64,000 nucleotides of DNA from an uncultured Spirochaetota bacterium (GCA_963835575.1 CAWIGG010000006.1:256001-320000), one strand, 5' to 3'. Positions 10,050 through 21,066 are shown, counted from the first letter of the stretch. The notes: generated by a model not told the origin, from the letters alone. Made by a program: numbers and translations.

Positions 10050-11150
10050 ATGGCCAAGATTAATTTCGGCGGAGTGATGGAAGAAGTCGTCACGCGCGAA
10101 GAATTCCCTTTATCCAAGGCGAGAGAGGTTTTAAAGAACGAAGTCATCGCGATCCTGGGATACGGCGTACAGGGCCCGGCCCAGGGTTTGAATATGAAAG
10201 ACAACGGCTTAAATGTTATTGTAGGCCAATCCAAGCAGTTCATGAGGGACTGGGACAGGGCTGTCAAGGACGGCTGGGTGCCCGGCAAGGACCTTTTTGA
10301 GCTTGAAGAAGCCGCTGACAAGGGCACGATCATCATGATGCTGGTAAGCGACGCCGCCCAGATGCAGATCTGGCCGATGGTCAAGAAGCATTTAAAACCC
10401 GGCAAAGCTGTTTATTTTTCCCATGGATTTTCGATCGTTTATAAAGACCAGACCCAGGTTATCCCGCCTGCCGATGTCGATGTGATCATGGTCGCCCCGA
10501 AAGGTTCCGGCACATCCGTACGCAGGAATTTCCTTTCAGGCGCCGGTATCAACTCGAGCTTTGCCGTCGGTCAGGATTATACGAAAAAGGCAATGGAACG
10601 CTGCGTTGCCGTCGGGATCGGGATCGGCTCAGGGTATCTTTTCCCCACAACATTCCAGCAGGAAGTGTATAGCGACCTGACGGGTGAAAGAGGAGTTCTG
10701 ATGGGAGCGCTTGCCGGAATCATGGAAGCGCAGTACCAGGTCCTCCGTGAAAACGGCCACAGCCCGAGCGAGGCTTTTAATGAGACAGTGGAAGAACTGA
10801 CCCAGAGCTTGATCAGACTGGTTGATGAAAACGGAATGGATTGGATGTATTCCAACTGCTCAGCGACGGCGCAGAGAGGAGCTCTGGACTGGAAACCCCG
10901 TTTTAAGGAAGCCGTGCTTCCTTCTTTCAAGGAACTCTATAAGAGGGTCAAGGAAGGCGTGGAAACGGCCCGTGTGATCAGCGAGTGCAGTTCGCCGGAT
11001 TATCAGAAAAAACTGAATGAGGAATTGTCCGCGATCAAGAATTCCGAAATGTGGCAGGCCGGCGCGGCTGTCAGAAGCCTGAGACCGAAGGAACCTGTCA
11101 AGAAAATCGATTCAACGACGAAAGGCATCGCTGGAAGAGGCGAAGATTAA
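10050..11150 (+). CDS. ilvC: Ketol-acid reductoisomerase
   Basis: GYGVQGPAQGLNMKDNG, FSHGFS, VAPKGSG, EVYSDLTGERGVLMG; AGGAGG RBS. Confidence 0.95.
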   Translation: MAKINFGGVMEEVVTREEFPLSKAREVLKNEVIAILGYGVQGPAQGLNMKDNGLNVIVGQSKQFMRDWDRAVKDGWVPGKDLFELEEAADKGTIIMMLVSDAAQMQIWPMVKKHLKPGKAVYFSHGFSIVYKDQTQVIPPADVDVIMVAPKGSGTSVRRNFLSGAGINSSFAVGQDYTKKAMERCVAVGIGIGSGYLFPTTFQQEVYSDLTGERGVLMGALAGIMEAQYQVLRENGHSPSEAFNETVEELTQSLIRLVDENGMDWMYSNCSATAQRGALDWKPRFKEAVLPSFKELYKRVKEGVETARVISECSSPDYQKKLNEELSAIKNSEMWQAGAAVRSLRPKEPVKKIDSTTKGIAGRGED

Positions 11151-11159
11151 AATATATCC

Positions 11160-11191
11160 AAAGGCGGCGATTTTAATCGTCGCCTTTGTTT
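11160..11191 (+). terminator. Probable intrinsic terminator after ilvC
   Basis: AAAGGCGGCGAT-TTTA-ATCGTCGCCTTT hairpin followed by GTTT. Confidence 0.6.
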
Positions 11192-11211
11192 AGAAATCAA
11201 TTTTTATTAAG

Positions 11212-12108
11212 GTGAATTGTATGGGGAACGGAAAAGCGATTGTCAGAACCGATATTAAGGAGTTGAAAAAGCTCTTCAGCGGTAAAGTCCGCGATATTTA
11301 TGAGGTCTCAAAAGATAAATGGCTGATCGTCACGACAGACAGGCTTTCCGCGTTTGACGTTGTGTTTAATGAGGGCATCCCTGAAAAAGGGCTGATCCTT
11401 AATTCCATTTCCAACAAATGGTTTTCAAAAATTTCTTTTATACCCAATCATCTTCTTTCAACAGAAGTGAATAATGGATTCCCTTTTCTTAAAAATTACG
11501 AGGGCCTGCCGGAACGGTCCGTGCTTGTGAAAAAAGTGAACCGCCTGCCCGTGGAGTGCGTTGTCCGCGGCTATCTTTTCGGCAGCGTATATGAGGAATA
11601 CAGGCAGAAAGGGACGGCCGGCGGGAATAGTCTCCCGAAAGGCCTTGAACTTGCGCAGAAACTGCCTCAGCCCATTTTTACCCCGTCGACAAAAGCCGAA
11701 ACCGGCCATGATGAAAATATTAATTATCAGGAACTGTGTAAAATTGTTGAGAAGAAAACAGCCGATCAGATTATTGAGAATTCGATAAAAATTTATAAAG
11801 AAGCCGCCGGGATTATGGGGAAAGAAGGTGTGATTCTTGCGGATACCAAATTCGAGTTCGGGCTGGATGAGAACGGAAGCCTGATCCTTGTCGATGAGGT
11901 CCTCACCCCCGATTCATCGCGGTACTGGGATAAAAAAAGCTATAAGACCGGAGAAAGCCCGAAGAGCTATGACAAGCAGTTTGTCCGGGATTATCTCAAT
12001 ACACTAAACTGGGACAAGAAGCCGCCGGCCCCTCCGCTTCCCGGGGACATCATCCGGAAAACGAAGGAAAAATATGACCAGCTGCGTTCAATCATCAGCC
12101 GGATTTAA
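11212..12108 (+). CDS. purC: SAICAR synthetase (start may be ATG 11221)
   Basis: SGKVRDIY, TDRLSAFD, ECVVRGYL, FTPSTKAE.GHDENI, LADTKFEFG, DEVLTPDSSRYW, DKQFVRD. Confidence 0.95.
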   Translation: MNCMGNGKAIVRTDIKELKKLFSGKVRDIYEVSKDKWLIVTTDRLSAFDVVFNEGIPEKGLILNSISNKWFSKISFIPNHLLSTEVNNGFPFLKNYEGLPERSVLVKKVNRLPVECVVRGYLFGSVYEEYRQKGTAGGNSLPKGLELAQKLPQPIFTPSTKAETGHDENINYQELCKIVEKKTADQIIENSIKIYKEAAGIMGKEGVILADTKFEFGLDENGSLILVDEVLTPDSSRYWDKKSYKTGESPKSYDKQFVRDYLNTLNWDKKPPAPPLPGDIIRKTKEKYDQLRSIISRI

Positions 12109-12680
12109 TGGATAATAAAATGGATAACCATGAAGAAACAACAGCGGCCGCCGAAAATACGCCGCCCATAGCACTGAAATTCGCGCCGGCCTGGAAAAGG
12201 GTCGTTTCCTTTCTTATCGATAAAATCATAATAGCGATAATCCTCGATATCCTTATATTTCTGATTTACAGGAATGAATTCCTGCCCATCATGATGCAGC
12301 AGGATTTTAACCTGCAGTTAAAGCTCCTCAAGGGATTCATGGATTCCAGGGGCTTTACCATTTCCATCGCCCAGTTCATTATTGAGGCGTCTTATTTCGC
12401 GCTCGGCTGGAAGGCGAACGGCCAGACGATCGGCGCGCGGATCATGAGGATCATCGTGATGAGTGTGGAAAAGAAAAGGCTCTCCATCCTGCAGGGCATA
12501 GTCCGGTATTCACTCATCGCGCTGTCCGCCGTAGCCCTTTATATTCCACAGCTGATCGTTTTCAATCCCATCTACCATCAGCGCCTGCATGATTTCATTA
12601 CCGCTTCCGTTGTCGTGGAAGTTCCTGAAACGAAAGAAAAAGATAAAAAAAACACAAGCGAAAGCCCGAAAGGGGAATGA
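12108..12680 (+). CDS. RDD family membrane protein
   Basis: APAWKRVVSFLID, GQTIGARIMRI, QRLHDFITASVVV. Confidence 0.85.
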   Translation: MDNKMDNHEETTAAAENTPPIALKFAPAWKRVVSFLIDKIIIAIILDILIFLIYRNEFLPIMMQQDFNLQLKLLKGFMDSRGFTISIAQFIIEASYFALGWKANGQTIGARIMRIIVMSVEKKRLSILQGIVRYSLIALSAVALYIPQLIVFNPIYHQRLHDFITASVVVEVPETKEKDKKNTSESPKGE

Positions 12681-13087
12681 ATTATAATTCACCACTAAGA
12701 ACCACATAAGGTAATTTATGATTCTTTTATTTGCCTATTGAGGCTTATGATTATAGAGCCTTTTTTGTAATATCCGATTCGGCACACAGATTAACACGGA
12801 TTATTACGGATTTTATAGGATTTAGTTTTGTTTAGAGATGCTTTTTATTTTCACTTGTTGCATACAAGATAAATAGGACGATGGGGCAGGTTTAAAGGTG
12901 TTGGGGGGGCTACGCTTGTTTTCAAGGATATGTAGTTTTACAGGAAGAAAGGAAGGCGGGAAGAGTGTCAGGATATTAATAAAGTATAGTTTATTTATTT
13001 GTTTTTAATATATTTTCTATTTGACCAACTAAAGTAGGAGTAGATTCAATATTACCTTTAATATAACCAGTTTCAACAACTTCAAAA

Positions 13088-14483
13088 GAGTTTTTGTCAA
13101 ATGTTGTGTATGACATACCCTCTCATTTTTTTATGCTGCCTTTTTTACAAGCTCTCCGTTCTCAAAAACAGCGCCTTCCAATACAAGGCTAATCTTTTCA
13201 TAACCTCTTAATTTTCTCCATCGCCTGGATGCCTTATCCAGTAATTTATAGACCATTATTAGAATCGTTTCCCTGGTTCCGCAGCCTCTCATCTTTTTAG
13301 TTCTTAATCGAACTGTAGAGAAGGTAGATTCTATTACGTTTGTCGTACGGATATGTACCCAATGTTCCGCCGGACAGTTATAAAATTCGATCATAAGCTC
13401 CCAATCCTTTTCTAAACATTCGACAGCTGCTGGATATTTAGGATTAAAAACCGCCTGGAATAATTCAAAAGCTTTGATAGCATTATCCTTATCAGGAGCA
13501 TTGCATATCTCATGAAGCATCTCTTTTGCCTTTGACTGTAATACTTTGGGCAGCTTGTTTAGAATGTTCTTTATCTTATGAACCCAGCATCTCTGCCATC
13601 TGGATTCAGGATATACTTCTTTGGCTGCTTTCCAGAATCCAAGGCTTCCGTCTCCGATAAAAAGAATAGGACCTTTCAAACCTTTTTCTTTTAGGTTTCT
13701 TAATATCCCTAACCAAGTCTCGGAATTCTCTCTGTAACCTTCTTCAACAAGAATAATCTCCTTTTCACCATTCTCATTGGCTCCGATCATTACAAGAGTG
13801 CATAAACGGTCTTCGCTGCCCTGTACATTGAAGTAAATGCCGTCAACCCATATATAGCAATACTTTTTATCGCTTAAATCGGATGTCCGCCACTCATCAT
13901 ATTCTTTACCCCATCCTTGTTTCATTCTGCTTATACTTGAGGCTGATAATCCTTTCGCTTCTTCACCAAGCAATCCTCTCAAGGCATTCTCCATATCCAT
14001 CTCTGAGACTCCATAGAGATACAACAATGGAATGGCTTCCTCAATTCTCAGGCTTTTTCTCATATACGGCGGTACTATTAGGCTTTGAAAATTGTCGCCT
14101 CCGAGTCGGTTCCTTGTTCTCGGAATACATACATCAATAGCCCCTCCACCAATGAGAATCTGACGGGCTTTATGATACCCATTTCTTACTATTGCCTTTC
14201 TCCCGTCTTCGATAGTTAAATGCTCTCTCTCCTGAAGAAACCCATTAATTTCATCTTCCAGAGCCTTCTTGATTATTTCCCTGGCCCCGATCCTTGCCAA
14301 TTCTTCAAGACATAAAAATTCTACTGTTTCATCTTGATTAAAAGCCTGTAAGAGCTTAAAATCTTCGTTGTGCTTCGGCATATGGCGTATTCCTCCTTTT
14401 GTTTATTGTCGTAAATAAATTATAGAGGGTACGCCATCTTTTTTAAAATATTTATTCCTATACACAACTTTCTATTATAACTC
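13088..14483 (-). mobile_element. IS256 family element (1396 bp)
   Basis: IRs GAGTTTTTGTCAAATGTTGTGTAT / GAGTTATAATAGAAAGTTGTGTAT; 9-bp TSD ACTTCAAAA at 13079-13087 and 14484-14492. Confidence 0.93.
13131..14381 (-). CDS. IS256 family transposase
   Basis: RNGY, YIWVDG, IGDGSLG, QRCWVHK, IRTTNVIES motifs. Confidence 0.95.
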   Translation of the reverse strand: MPKHNEDFKLLQAFNQDETVEFLCLEELARIGAREIIKKALEDEINGFLQEREHLTIEDGRKAIVRNGYHKARQILIGGGAIDVCIPRTRNRLGGDNFQSLIVPPYMRKSLRIEEAIPLLYLYGVSEMDMENALRGLLGEEAKGLSASSISRMKQGWGKEYDEWRTSDLSDKKYCYIWVDGIYFNVQGSEDRLCTLVMIGANENGEKEIILVEEGYRENSETWLGILRNLKEKGLKGPILFIGDGSLGFWKAAKEVYPESRWQRCWVHKIKNILNKLPKVLQSKAKEMLHEICNAPDKDNAIKAFELFQAVFNPKYPAAVECLEKDWELMIEFYNCPAEHWVHIRTTNVIESTFSTVRLRTKKMRGCGTRETILIMVYKLLDKASRRWRKLRGYEKISLVLEGAVFENGELVKKAA

Positions 14484-15852
14484 ACTTCAAAAATAATTTT
14501 ACCTAACTCTGCGGCTATTTTATCTTTTATTTCCTTATCCTCAATTGTATCAATAAATGCTATATAAGTTTCTAACATAACATGTTTTTGTTCGAAGATA
14601 TATGATAAATTTCTATTGTTTGAATAATTACGATTGAAGAAAAATACTAACCAAGCTAATATCGAAATAATTCCAACTTTACTTACATTTACACTAATAA
14701 TAATATTTTTAATCTTTTCTTGGAAATTATATTCAAGCCATGAGATTCCAGCAAAAATAATAATTAATAAACCTATTGAAAAAAAAGTAGTAATTTTCCA
14801 GATATTAGCTATATCATTAAATTTTTTAGCTTTTATTTCAAACTGTTTTTTATATTGAACTGCTAATTTCCCTTTTAAGGTTCTTCTTGCTTCTTCAAGT
14901 AATTCGTTAGCTTTCTCAATAGCTTTTTTGCCTTCATTTTGTACTTCTTTTTCAAATTCATTAAATTTAGAAACTTTCTCTTGAATTTCACTTTTATATG
15001 TTTCAATTTGTTTTAATAGGTTTTCTTTTTCGTTTATAATATCTATACCTTTAGAGTTGATCTTTTGATATGCTGAAGCACTTAAAAGTATTGGAGAATT
15101 TCCAATTATATCTTTTCTAAGACTAATTAATCTTGTTAAAATCGCTGCTTTTTTTTGTAGTAATATATTAGAATTTTTAACTTCTGCCCATTGTGTTTTT
15201 GAAATGTCTATTAAAATATTTGAATAAGTGCTTTTATATGTTTCAACAGTAGGTAATAATTGACCTATAATAGATTCATTTCGATTAACCATATCAAATG
15301 AATTAAAAAAAGAATCAAAATCATTTGTTAAATTACTTACTTCTTCAAATTTCAGATAACTAAGTTCTGGTTTAGATTGTATTTCTTCATAAATTGTCAT
15401 TTATACCCCCAAAATGAGATACAATTAATATTATGATGTTTAGTGTACCATATTTATTTAAAAGTTGTCAAAAGATAATATTGTACTATTTAGGTGGGTT
15501 AGTCTTATTATGCGATTCTTTTACGATTTTATCATGTCAGGATTTTCCAGGATGAGCCTACTTGGAAATTCTATTAGCGTTCTATGTTACATTCGGAATC
15601 GGACAAAATAATTCAAGCGGCTTGGGGAATAACTAAATCCTATAAATCCGCTTTAATCAGTGCTCATCCGTGTGAAAAATCGGATATAATAATTTGGATT
15701 CTTTAATTAAGTCTATAATTTTAAACTAAAGAGCCGTTAGTTATCTTCCTATCTTCCTGTTCCTTTTCCTCGTTCGTGGTCCTTTGTGCTCTTCGTGATC
15801 TTCGTGTTGAGAAAAAAAGCATCTCAATTCAACAAGATTGCTTTTTTAAATT

Positions 15853-16821
15853 TTAAGGTATCTCGACAGTATTCAGAATATTTTCGATCACATTCTCCGC
15901 CGTGATGCCTTCCGCCTCGGCTTCGAAGCTGAGGATGAGACGATGTCTTAATATATCATAAGCCGAAGCTTTTATATCCTCCGGGATCACGTATCCTCGG
16001 CGGTCGAAAATCGCCTCGGCCCTTCCTGCCCTGATGAAATTGATCGAGGCACGCGGCGAAGCGCCGTATTTCACATGGCCTTTTTCATAATTCCTCGTGG
16101 CGTTGACAATGCGGACAACATAATCGCTGATCTTCTCGTCCACATAGATCCGCTCGGCGAATTTCTGCAGTTTGAGGATGTCCTGCTTTGAGGCGGCCTT
16201 TTTCGGTTCGGGGTATGTCAGGCCGCTCATCCTGTTGATGATTCTCTTTTCCTCGCTTTCAGAAGGGTAGTTGATCAGAACTTTCATGAAAAACCGGTCT
16301 GTTTGGGCTTCCGGCAGGGGATAGGTGCCTTCCTGCTCGATGGGGTTCTGCGTGGCCATCACAAAAAAAGGATCAGGCATATCGTATGTTTCATCCCCGA
16401 TCGTGGCCGTTTTTTCCTGCATGGATTCGAGAAGTGCGGACTGTACCTTGGAAGGGGCGCGGTTGATCTCGTCCGCCAGGATAAAATTAGCGAAAATCGG
16501 CCCTTTTTTTATTTCAAAGCTTCCCTTATGCTGATTATAAATAAGCGTTCCGCGGATATCAGCCGGAAGCATATCCGGAGTGAACTGGATGCGCTTGAAT
16601 TCAAGGTCGAGGATCTGGGAGAGCGTTTTGATGGCCAGGGTTTTGGCTAGTCCCGGCACGCCTTCCACCAGAAGATGACCGGCTGAAAGAAGGCACGAGA
16701 GCATCCGGGAAAGAAGCTTGTCCTGGCCGACAATAACCTTTTGAAACTCGGCTTTTATTTTTTCGATAACGGCGACGTATTGTTCCGATTCCTCCGTCAG
16801 GCGCTTAATTTCTTCGTCCAT
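15853..16821 (-). CDS. MoxR family AAA+ ATPase
   Basis: EGVPGLAKT, RIQFTPDMLPAD, LADEINRAPSKVQSALLE, ATQNPIEQEGTYPLPEAQ.DRF, GASPR. Confidence 0.93.
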   Translation of the reverse strand: MDEEIKRLTEESEQYVAVIEKIKAEFQKVIVGQDKLLSRMLSCLLSAGHLLVEGVPGLAKTLAIKTLSQILDLEFKRIQFTPDMLPADIRGTLIYNQHKGSFEIKKGPIFANFILADEINRAPSKVQSALLESMQEKTATIGDETYDMPDPFFVMATQNPIEQEGTYPLPEAQTDRFFMKVLINYPSESEEKRIINRMSGLTYPEPKKAASKQDILKLQKFAERIYVDEKISDYVVRIVNATRNYEKGHVKYGASPRASINFIRAGRAEAIFDRRGYVIPEDIKASAYDILRHRLILSFEAEAEGITAENVIENILNTVEIP

Positions 16822-16908
16822 TGTAGTCCTCCAAAAAAATGTATTTATATTTTAATTCTGTTTTGATCTTTTCGCAAAAAATCAATATTTCAGAGACCAT
16901 TATTGTCT

Positions 16909-16986
16909 TCCGCGAATTCACGCGAATCAACGCGAATGGGAAAAAGAATAAATAATTATTAGCGTCTATTCGCATGGCTTCGCGGA
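16909..16986. repeat. Periodic-arm inverted repeat (CGCGAAT x3, 10-nt period), short form
   Basis: TCCGCGAATTCACGCGAATCAACGCGAAT / ATTAGCGTCTATTCGCATGGCTTCGCGGA. Confidence 0.75.
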
Positions 16987-17023
16987 TTACCCGTTTTTTG
17001 AATGGAAAATCCGGATAGTAATC

Positions 17024-17980
17024 TTACAGAATCGCCTTCACTTCCTCTTTCGACGGCATCGCCGGTATCGCTCCCTTGCGGGTCGTGGCCAGACCGGCCG
17101 CGGCGCATGCGAAGCGCAGGCATTTCTGCAGGCCTTGAGGATTCAAGTGATGGACATCCAGATTTTCTTCATGGATAAAAGCGTAAAGGAACGCGCCGAG
17201 GAAAGCGTCGCCGGCGCCTGTCGTGTCGATTGTTTTTATATCTGTAAACGCTTTCTGATAGACGGAAGACGAAGAAAAATAAGCCGACGCGCCGTCCCTC
17301 CCCAAAGTGACAAGCAGAAGTGGGATTTTGTATTGACGGATCAATATTTGAGCGCCTTTTTCCATCTCTTTTTCTCCGGTGAGAAAATCCAGCTCTTCGG
17401 CTGAGACTTTGACAATGGAAGCGTAATGCATAACGGATAAAATCCGCTTTTTTGCCTCTTCCAGGCTTTTCCAGAGCGAAGGCCGCAGGTTCGGGTCATA
17501 AGAAATTATCGCACGGACTTTTCTGGCTGTTTCAAGGGCTTTAAGTGTCGCGCTTCGCGCGATTTTATGTGTGAGCGAAAGGGAGCCGAAATGAAAGAAG
17601 CGGGACTGACTGATAAGACTGTATTTGACTTCGGACGGCTTGAGTAATGTGTCGGCACCCGGGTCGCGGTAAAAGCTGAAATCGCGTTCGCCGCCTTCCT
17701 TAAGTTCGACGAAAGCAAGGGTCGTTCCAGCATCGCCGGTTAAAACGAGCCCGCTATTGTCAACACCGGCGTCATGCAGGGCCTTTCGCAGATAGCGCCC
17801 GAAAATATCATCGCCTGCCTTGCCGATAAAGGCGGCGGAACCGCCCAGGCGCGCCATGCAGGCCGCCACATTCGCCGGCGCCCCGCCGGGGTTCCTCTCG
17901 AAGAGGGCGTTGTCCTGCTCTGATAAACCGGCCGGCGTAAAATCGATCAGGATTTCCCCGAGCGCTGTCACGTCGTACAT
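17024..17980 (-). CDS. PfkB family carbohydrate kinase (fructokinase-like)
   Basis: PGGAPANVA, YDPNLR, DTTGAGDAF. Confidence 0.9.
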   Translation of the reverse strand: MYDVTALGEILIDFTPAGLSEQDNALFERNPGGAPANVAACMARLGGSAAFIGKAGDDIFGRYLRKALHDAGVDNSGLVLTGDAGTTLAFVELKEGGERDFSFYRDPGADTLLKPSEVKYSLISQSRFFHFGSLSLTHKIARSATLKALETARKVRAIISYDPNLRPSLWKSLEEAKKRILSVMHYASIVKVSAEELDFLTGEKEMEKGAQILIRQYKIPLLLVTLGRDGASAYFSSSSVYQKAFTDIKTIDTTGAGDAFLGAFLYAFIHEENLDVHHLNPQGLQKCLRFACAAAGLATTRKGAIPAMPSKEEVKAIL

Positions 17981-18017
17981 ATGGCCTCCTCTATGTAATA
18001 TATAAAGCTTTGCCTAT

Positions 18018-18403
18018 TAACCCAATTGCACACAGATTTTCTCGGATTTCACGGATTAGCGCGGATTTTATTACGGTTAAAGTTAGTCACAGTTATTTTG
18101 ATTTTTTGTCATTAGTTTTCATGAATAATGTTAAATCTTCACAAAAATTATACTCTATTAATCCCGGCGTTGGCAAATATTTATCCCGAAATATATTATC
18201 AACTCTTTCGAAAAAAATTTTAATTTCAATGGAATTTAATTAAGTGTAGTTCCTCACTAATTTGTAGGCTTCACATGAGCTGCCTTTCCTGAGCATTGTA
18301 CTGAGGTGAAGCCGATGTGAAAGCGAAAGAAAGTCCACACTTTACTCATCTTTTGATCTGTGTAAATCCGCTATATCCGTATAATCCGCGATTAATTGGG
18401 GTA
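18018..18403. repeat. Periodic-arm inverted repeat (CGGAT units) with a nested palindrome
   Basis: Arms 18018-18068 and 18356-18403; inner GGCTTCAC/GTGAAGCC (18267-18274/18306-18313). Confidence 0.7.
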
Positions 18404-18428
18404 TTATAACCAATAAATACTAATGAAA

Positions 18429-18974
18429 TTAAACTTTTCTCGGTTCGGAAGCGTTGATCGCCGGGTCGGTATAGATGTCGGCGTAGTCGCGGCTTTTGGT
18501 GGAGAATTCCGAGATGACGGCGCCTTTCGGCCCGGCCTGGAACCAGTGCAGAGTGTCCGGCGGAAGGGTGTACTGTTCGCCCGGCCGCAGGACGATCTCA
18601 TGGCGCGCGGTAAAAAAGGCCTCTTTTCCCTTCGGGGGAACGGCCTTTATTTTCGCGGCGCTTTCGCCGGGGATGTAAAGATAGACTTCGCCCCACCGGC
18701 AGCGGAATGTCTCTTCCTTGCCGGGCCCGCCTTCCACAGCGGGATGGCGGTGCTCGGGGCATGTCTGGCGCGGAAAGAGGATCAGCTCCTTCGCGCAGCA
18801 GCGGTCCGTATTCACGTAGACGACCAGTTCCAGCCCGATGGATTCCGGCATGCCGAGTCCGTATTCGGCCGCTTCCATCCCGGAAGCTTCCTTCGGGGTG
18901 ATAATAATATTAGATTTTTTTAGGTATGATAAAGCGCGCTTTTTGAATTTTTCGTAGAGGGCTTTTGAAAGCAT
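18429..18974 (-). CDS. D-lyxose/D-mannose ketol-isomerase (cupin)
   Basis: CAKEL..FPRQTCPEHRHP...PGKEETF, PGEQYTLPPDTLHWF, SEFST. Confidence 0.9.
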   Translation of the reverse strand: MLSKALYEKFKKRALSYLKKSNIIITPKEASGMEAAEYGLGMPESIGLELVVYVNTDRCCAKELILFPRQTCPEHRHPAVEGGPGKEETFRCRWGEVYLYIPGESAAKIKAVPPKGKEAFFTARHEIVLRPGEQYTLPPDTLHWFQAGPKGAVISEFSTKSRDYADIYTDPAINASEPRKV

Positions 18975-19265
18975 ATTAATCTCCTTTTCTTTTATTTAAT
19001 TTGCAGAGGCCGCAGAGGGAACAGAGGCCAGAGATATACTGTATTTCTTCTGCCTTTATTACATTATCAACAAACCTGGGATTGGCTGCCGTCATTACGG
19101 GGATTTAAACACGCATTAATATTATAAATAAAAATGATAAAAAAACAAATCATTATTGTCATATTCAAATAAACAATCAGCGTCTTGAATAAATTAAAAG
19201 TCCGGAGTATAATATTAATAAATTGTGTAATTATTCATCATAATAATGGAAATCAAACAGGGGGT

Positions 19266-19805
19266 ATGAGGAAGATATTGAAGTTTATAAGATTTGCATT
19301 TCTTTGCTTAGTTATTTTAGTGATATCAAACTGTCAAAGATTGGTACACTATTGTAATTATGAGATCGAAGGCGCGGCAGATAACTCAAAATCTACGAAA
19401 GTTCTCTATGATGATACACTGATCAGCCTGAAATACCAAATCAGTCATTCTTTATGGTCAGAAGTTGAAATAGTGAAAAGAACTACAAATAATATTACAG
19501 TCAATAATGTAATACTGGAACATTTTTCTGGAACGACCCAGCTGCAGAACATGAGTCATCATAACGAGAGCCCCTATTCTATAAATGTTTTCCCATTTAT
19601 CATAAGCAATAATGTCATGATGGATAATTCAGTGTTTTACCAATTTAAACCTGAAGATAATATAGATGACAGGTTCAACGATGGGGATAGAATTAATGTA
19701 AATATCGATGTTAATTATACGATCAACACAATTACAAATGATGTTCCAGCCAGTTTTTATCTCATCTGCAGAAAAGGGACAAATTGGGTTTGTGATTTGA
19801 TGTAA
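19266..19805 (+). CDS. Hypothetical lipoprotein
   Basis: ATG 19266 after GGGGGT; hydrophobic signal ending VISNC. Confidence 0.6.
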   Translation: MRKILKFIRFAFLCLVILVISNCQRLVHYCNYEIEGAADNSKSTKVLYDDTLISLKYQISHSLWSEVEIVKRTTNNITVNNVILEHFSGTTQLQNMSHHNESPYSINVFPFIISNNVMMDNSVFYQFKPEDNIDDRFNDGDRINVNIDVNYTINTITNDVPASFYLICRKGTNWVCDLM

Positions 19806-19981
19806 GAACAATGCTCTTTTCTTTTATATGAAATAATAAAGAGTTGAGATTACCGCGTTTCATCAGTCTTTTTTTTCGCTGTAGACGGGATTTATATTTA
19901 CAGTTTTGAATATAGTTATTAAGATTGGAAATTATAAATTTCCCATCAGTCATCGAATTGTAATTTAATGGAAGTATTTCC

Positions 19982-20923
19982 ATGAATGATAAAGAAATCT
20001 TTAAAACGGCCATAGAAAATAATGACATCAATCTTTTAAAAAAGACTGCCAAGGGAGAACTTCATAATCACCTGACCCTGGGATTATCTTCTGAAAGCTT
20101 TTCAAAACTGGCAGGCAGTACTATAAAAATCCCGAAGAGGTATTACGGCTTATCTGGCATGTTAAATTTCATAGCAAAGAATACCCGCTCTGCCACTTAC
20201 AAGATTGATAATTTTGAAAAGATAGTGGAAATGGCTGTACAACAGGCGCTTAATGACGGTATTGTTGTCCTGCATGGAAGCATTGACCTGAATTTAATGA
20301 AGGTTTATGACAAACCGGCCGGATTTATTGAATTCATCGGTTCGCTTGTTAAAAAGTACAAAACAAGGATGGATTTCAGGCCGGTGATCGGAATAAACAG
20401 GCCGTTTGATTTTCACACGATTGAAAAACGTCTTTATACCTGCCTTGATTCCGGGGTCTTCCGGTCAATAGATAGTTACGGCATGGAGGAAACCCGTTTT
20501 AATCCGGTATTAAAACCTGTTTATAGTTATGCGAGAAAGAAAAGAATAAACACTAAAATTCATATCGGCGAGTTTTCCAATTATAAATCTGTTGCCAAAA
20601 CAATTGAGGAAATCGAAGTGGATGAAATCCAGCATGGAATAAGCGTTTCGCAATCGGAAGACCTGATAAAATTAATTAAAGAGAAGAATATCATTCTGAA
20701 TATCTGCCCGACCAGTAATATAAAGCTCGGCGCGGTCAGAAATCTCAGGAAGCATCCAATCCGCAAGCTGTTTGACAGCGGTATTAAAGTGACAGTCAAT
20801 ACTGACGATATATTGCTGTTTGGTTCAACTTTATCGGAAGAGTTCCTTAAATTATACCAGTCCGGTCTTTTTGATTCTGAAGAGCTTGATCAAATAAGAA
20901 TGAATGGATTGGATAAAAGGTAA
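19982..20923 (+). CDS. Adenosine deaminase family protein
   Basis: KGELHNHL, HIGE, IQHG, CPTSN, TVNTDD. Confidence 0.85.
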   Translation: MNDKEIFKTAIENNDINLLKKTAKGELHNHLTLGLSSESFSKLAGSTIKIPKRYYGLSGMLNFIAKNTRSATYKIDNFEKIVEMAVQQALNDGIVVLHGSIDLNLMKVYDKPAGFIEFIGSLVKKYKTRMDFRPVIGINRPFDFHTIEKRLYTCLDSGVFRSIDSYGMEETRFNPVLKPVYSYARKKRINTKIHIGEFSNYKSVAKTIEEIEVDEIQHGISVSQSEDLIKLIKEKNIILNICPTSNIKLGAVRNLRKHPIRKLFDSGIKVTVNTDDILLFGSTLSEEFLKLYQSGLFDSEELDQIRMNGLDKR

Positions 20924-21010
20924 ATGAAAATGGTTTCCCCATGGCCAGTTGCGTATCGCGGCCGGCCATTTTTTGCTGCCGTGATGCGGCGCCAGCTGTA
21001 TCACGCTCCT

Positions 21011-21047
21011 CAAAAAGAACAGCCCCCCGGTATTCTCCGGGGGGCTG
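21011..21047 (-). terminator. Intrinsic terminator after flgG
   Basis: CAGCCCCCCGG/CCGGGGGGCTG stem followed on the minus strand by TTCTTTTTG. Confidence 0.75.
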
Positions 21048-21066
21048 CAGGCCAGTTATTTATGTT

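Larger units (their letters stand above)
12991..15400 (-). pseudogene. AT-rich coiled-coil plus 2-TM protein gene interrupted by IS256
   Basis: ORF 14420..15400 runs into the IS after IIFEV; removing the IS and one TSD restores ...IFEVVETGYIKGNIESTPTLVGQIENILKTNK* ending at 12991 (334 aa). Confidence 0.85.
12770..15687. mobile_element. Cargo region bounded by ~58-bp imperfect inverted repeats with 9-10 nt periodicity
   Basis: 12770-12827 ATATCCGATTCGGCACACAGATTAACACGGATTATTACGGATTTTATAGGATTTAGTT versus the reverse complement of 15631-15687, ATATCCGATTTTTCACACGGATGAGCACTGATTAAAGCGGATTTATAGGATTTAGTT. Confidence 0.55.
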
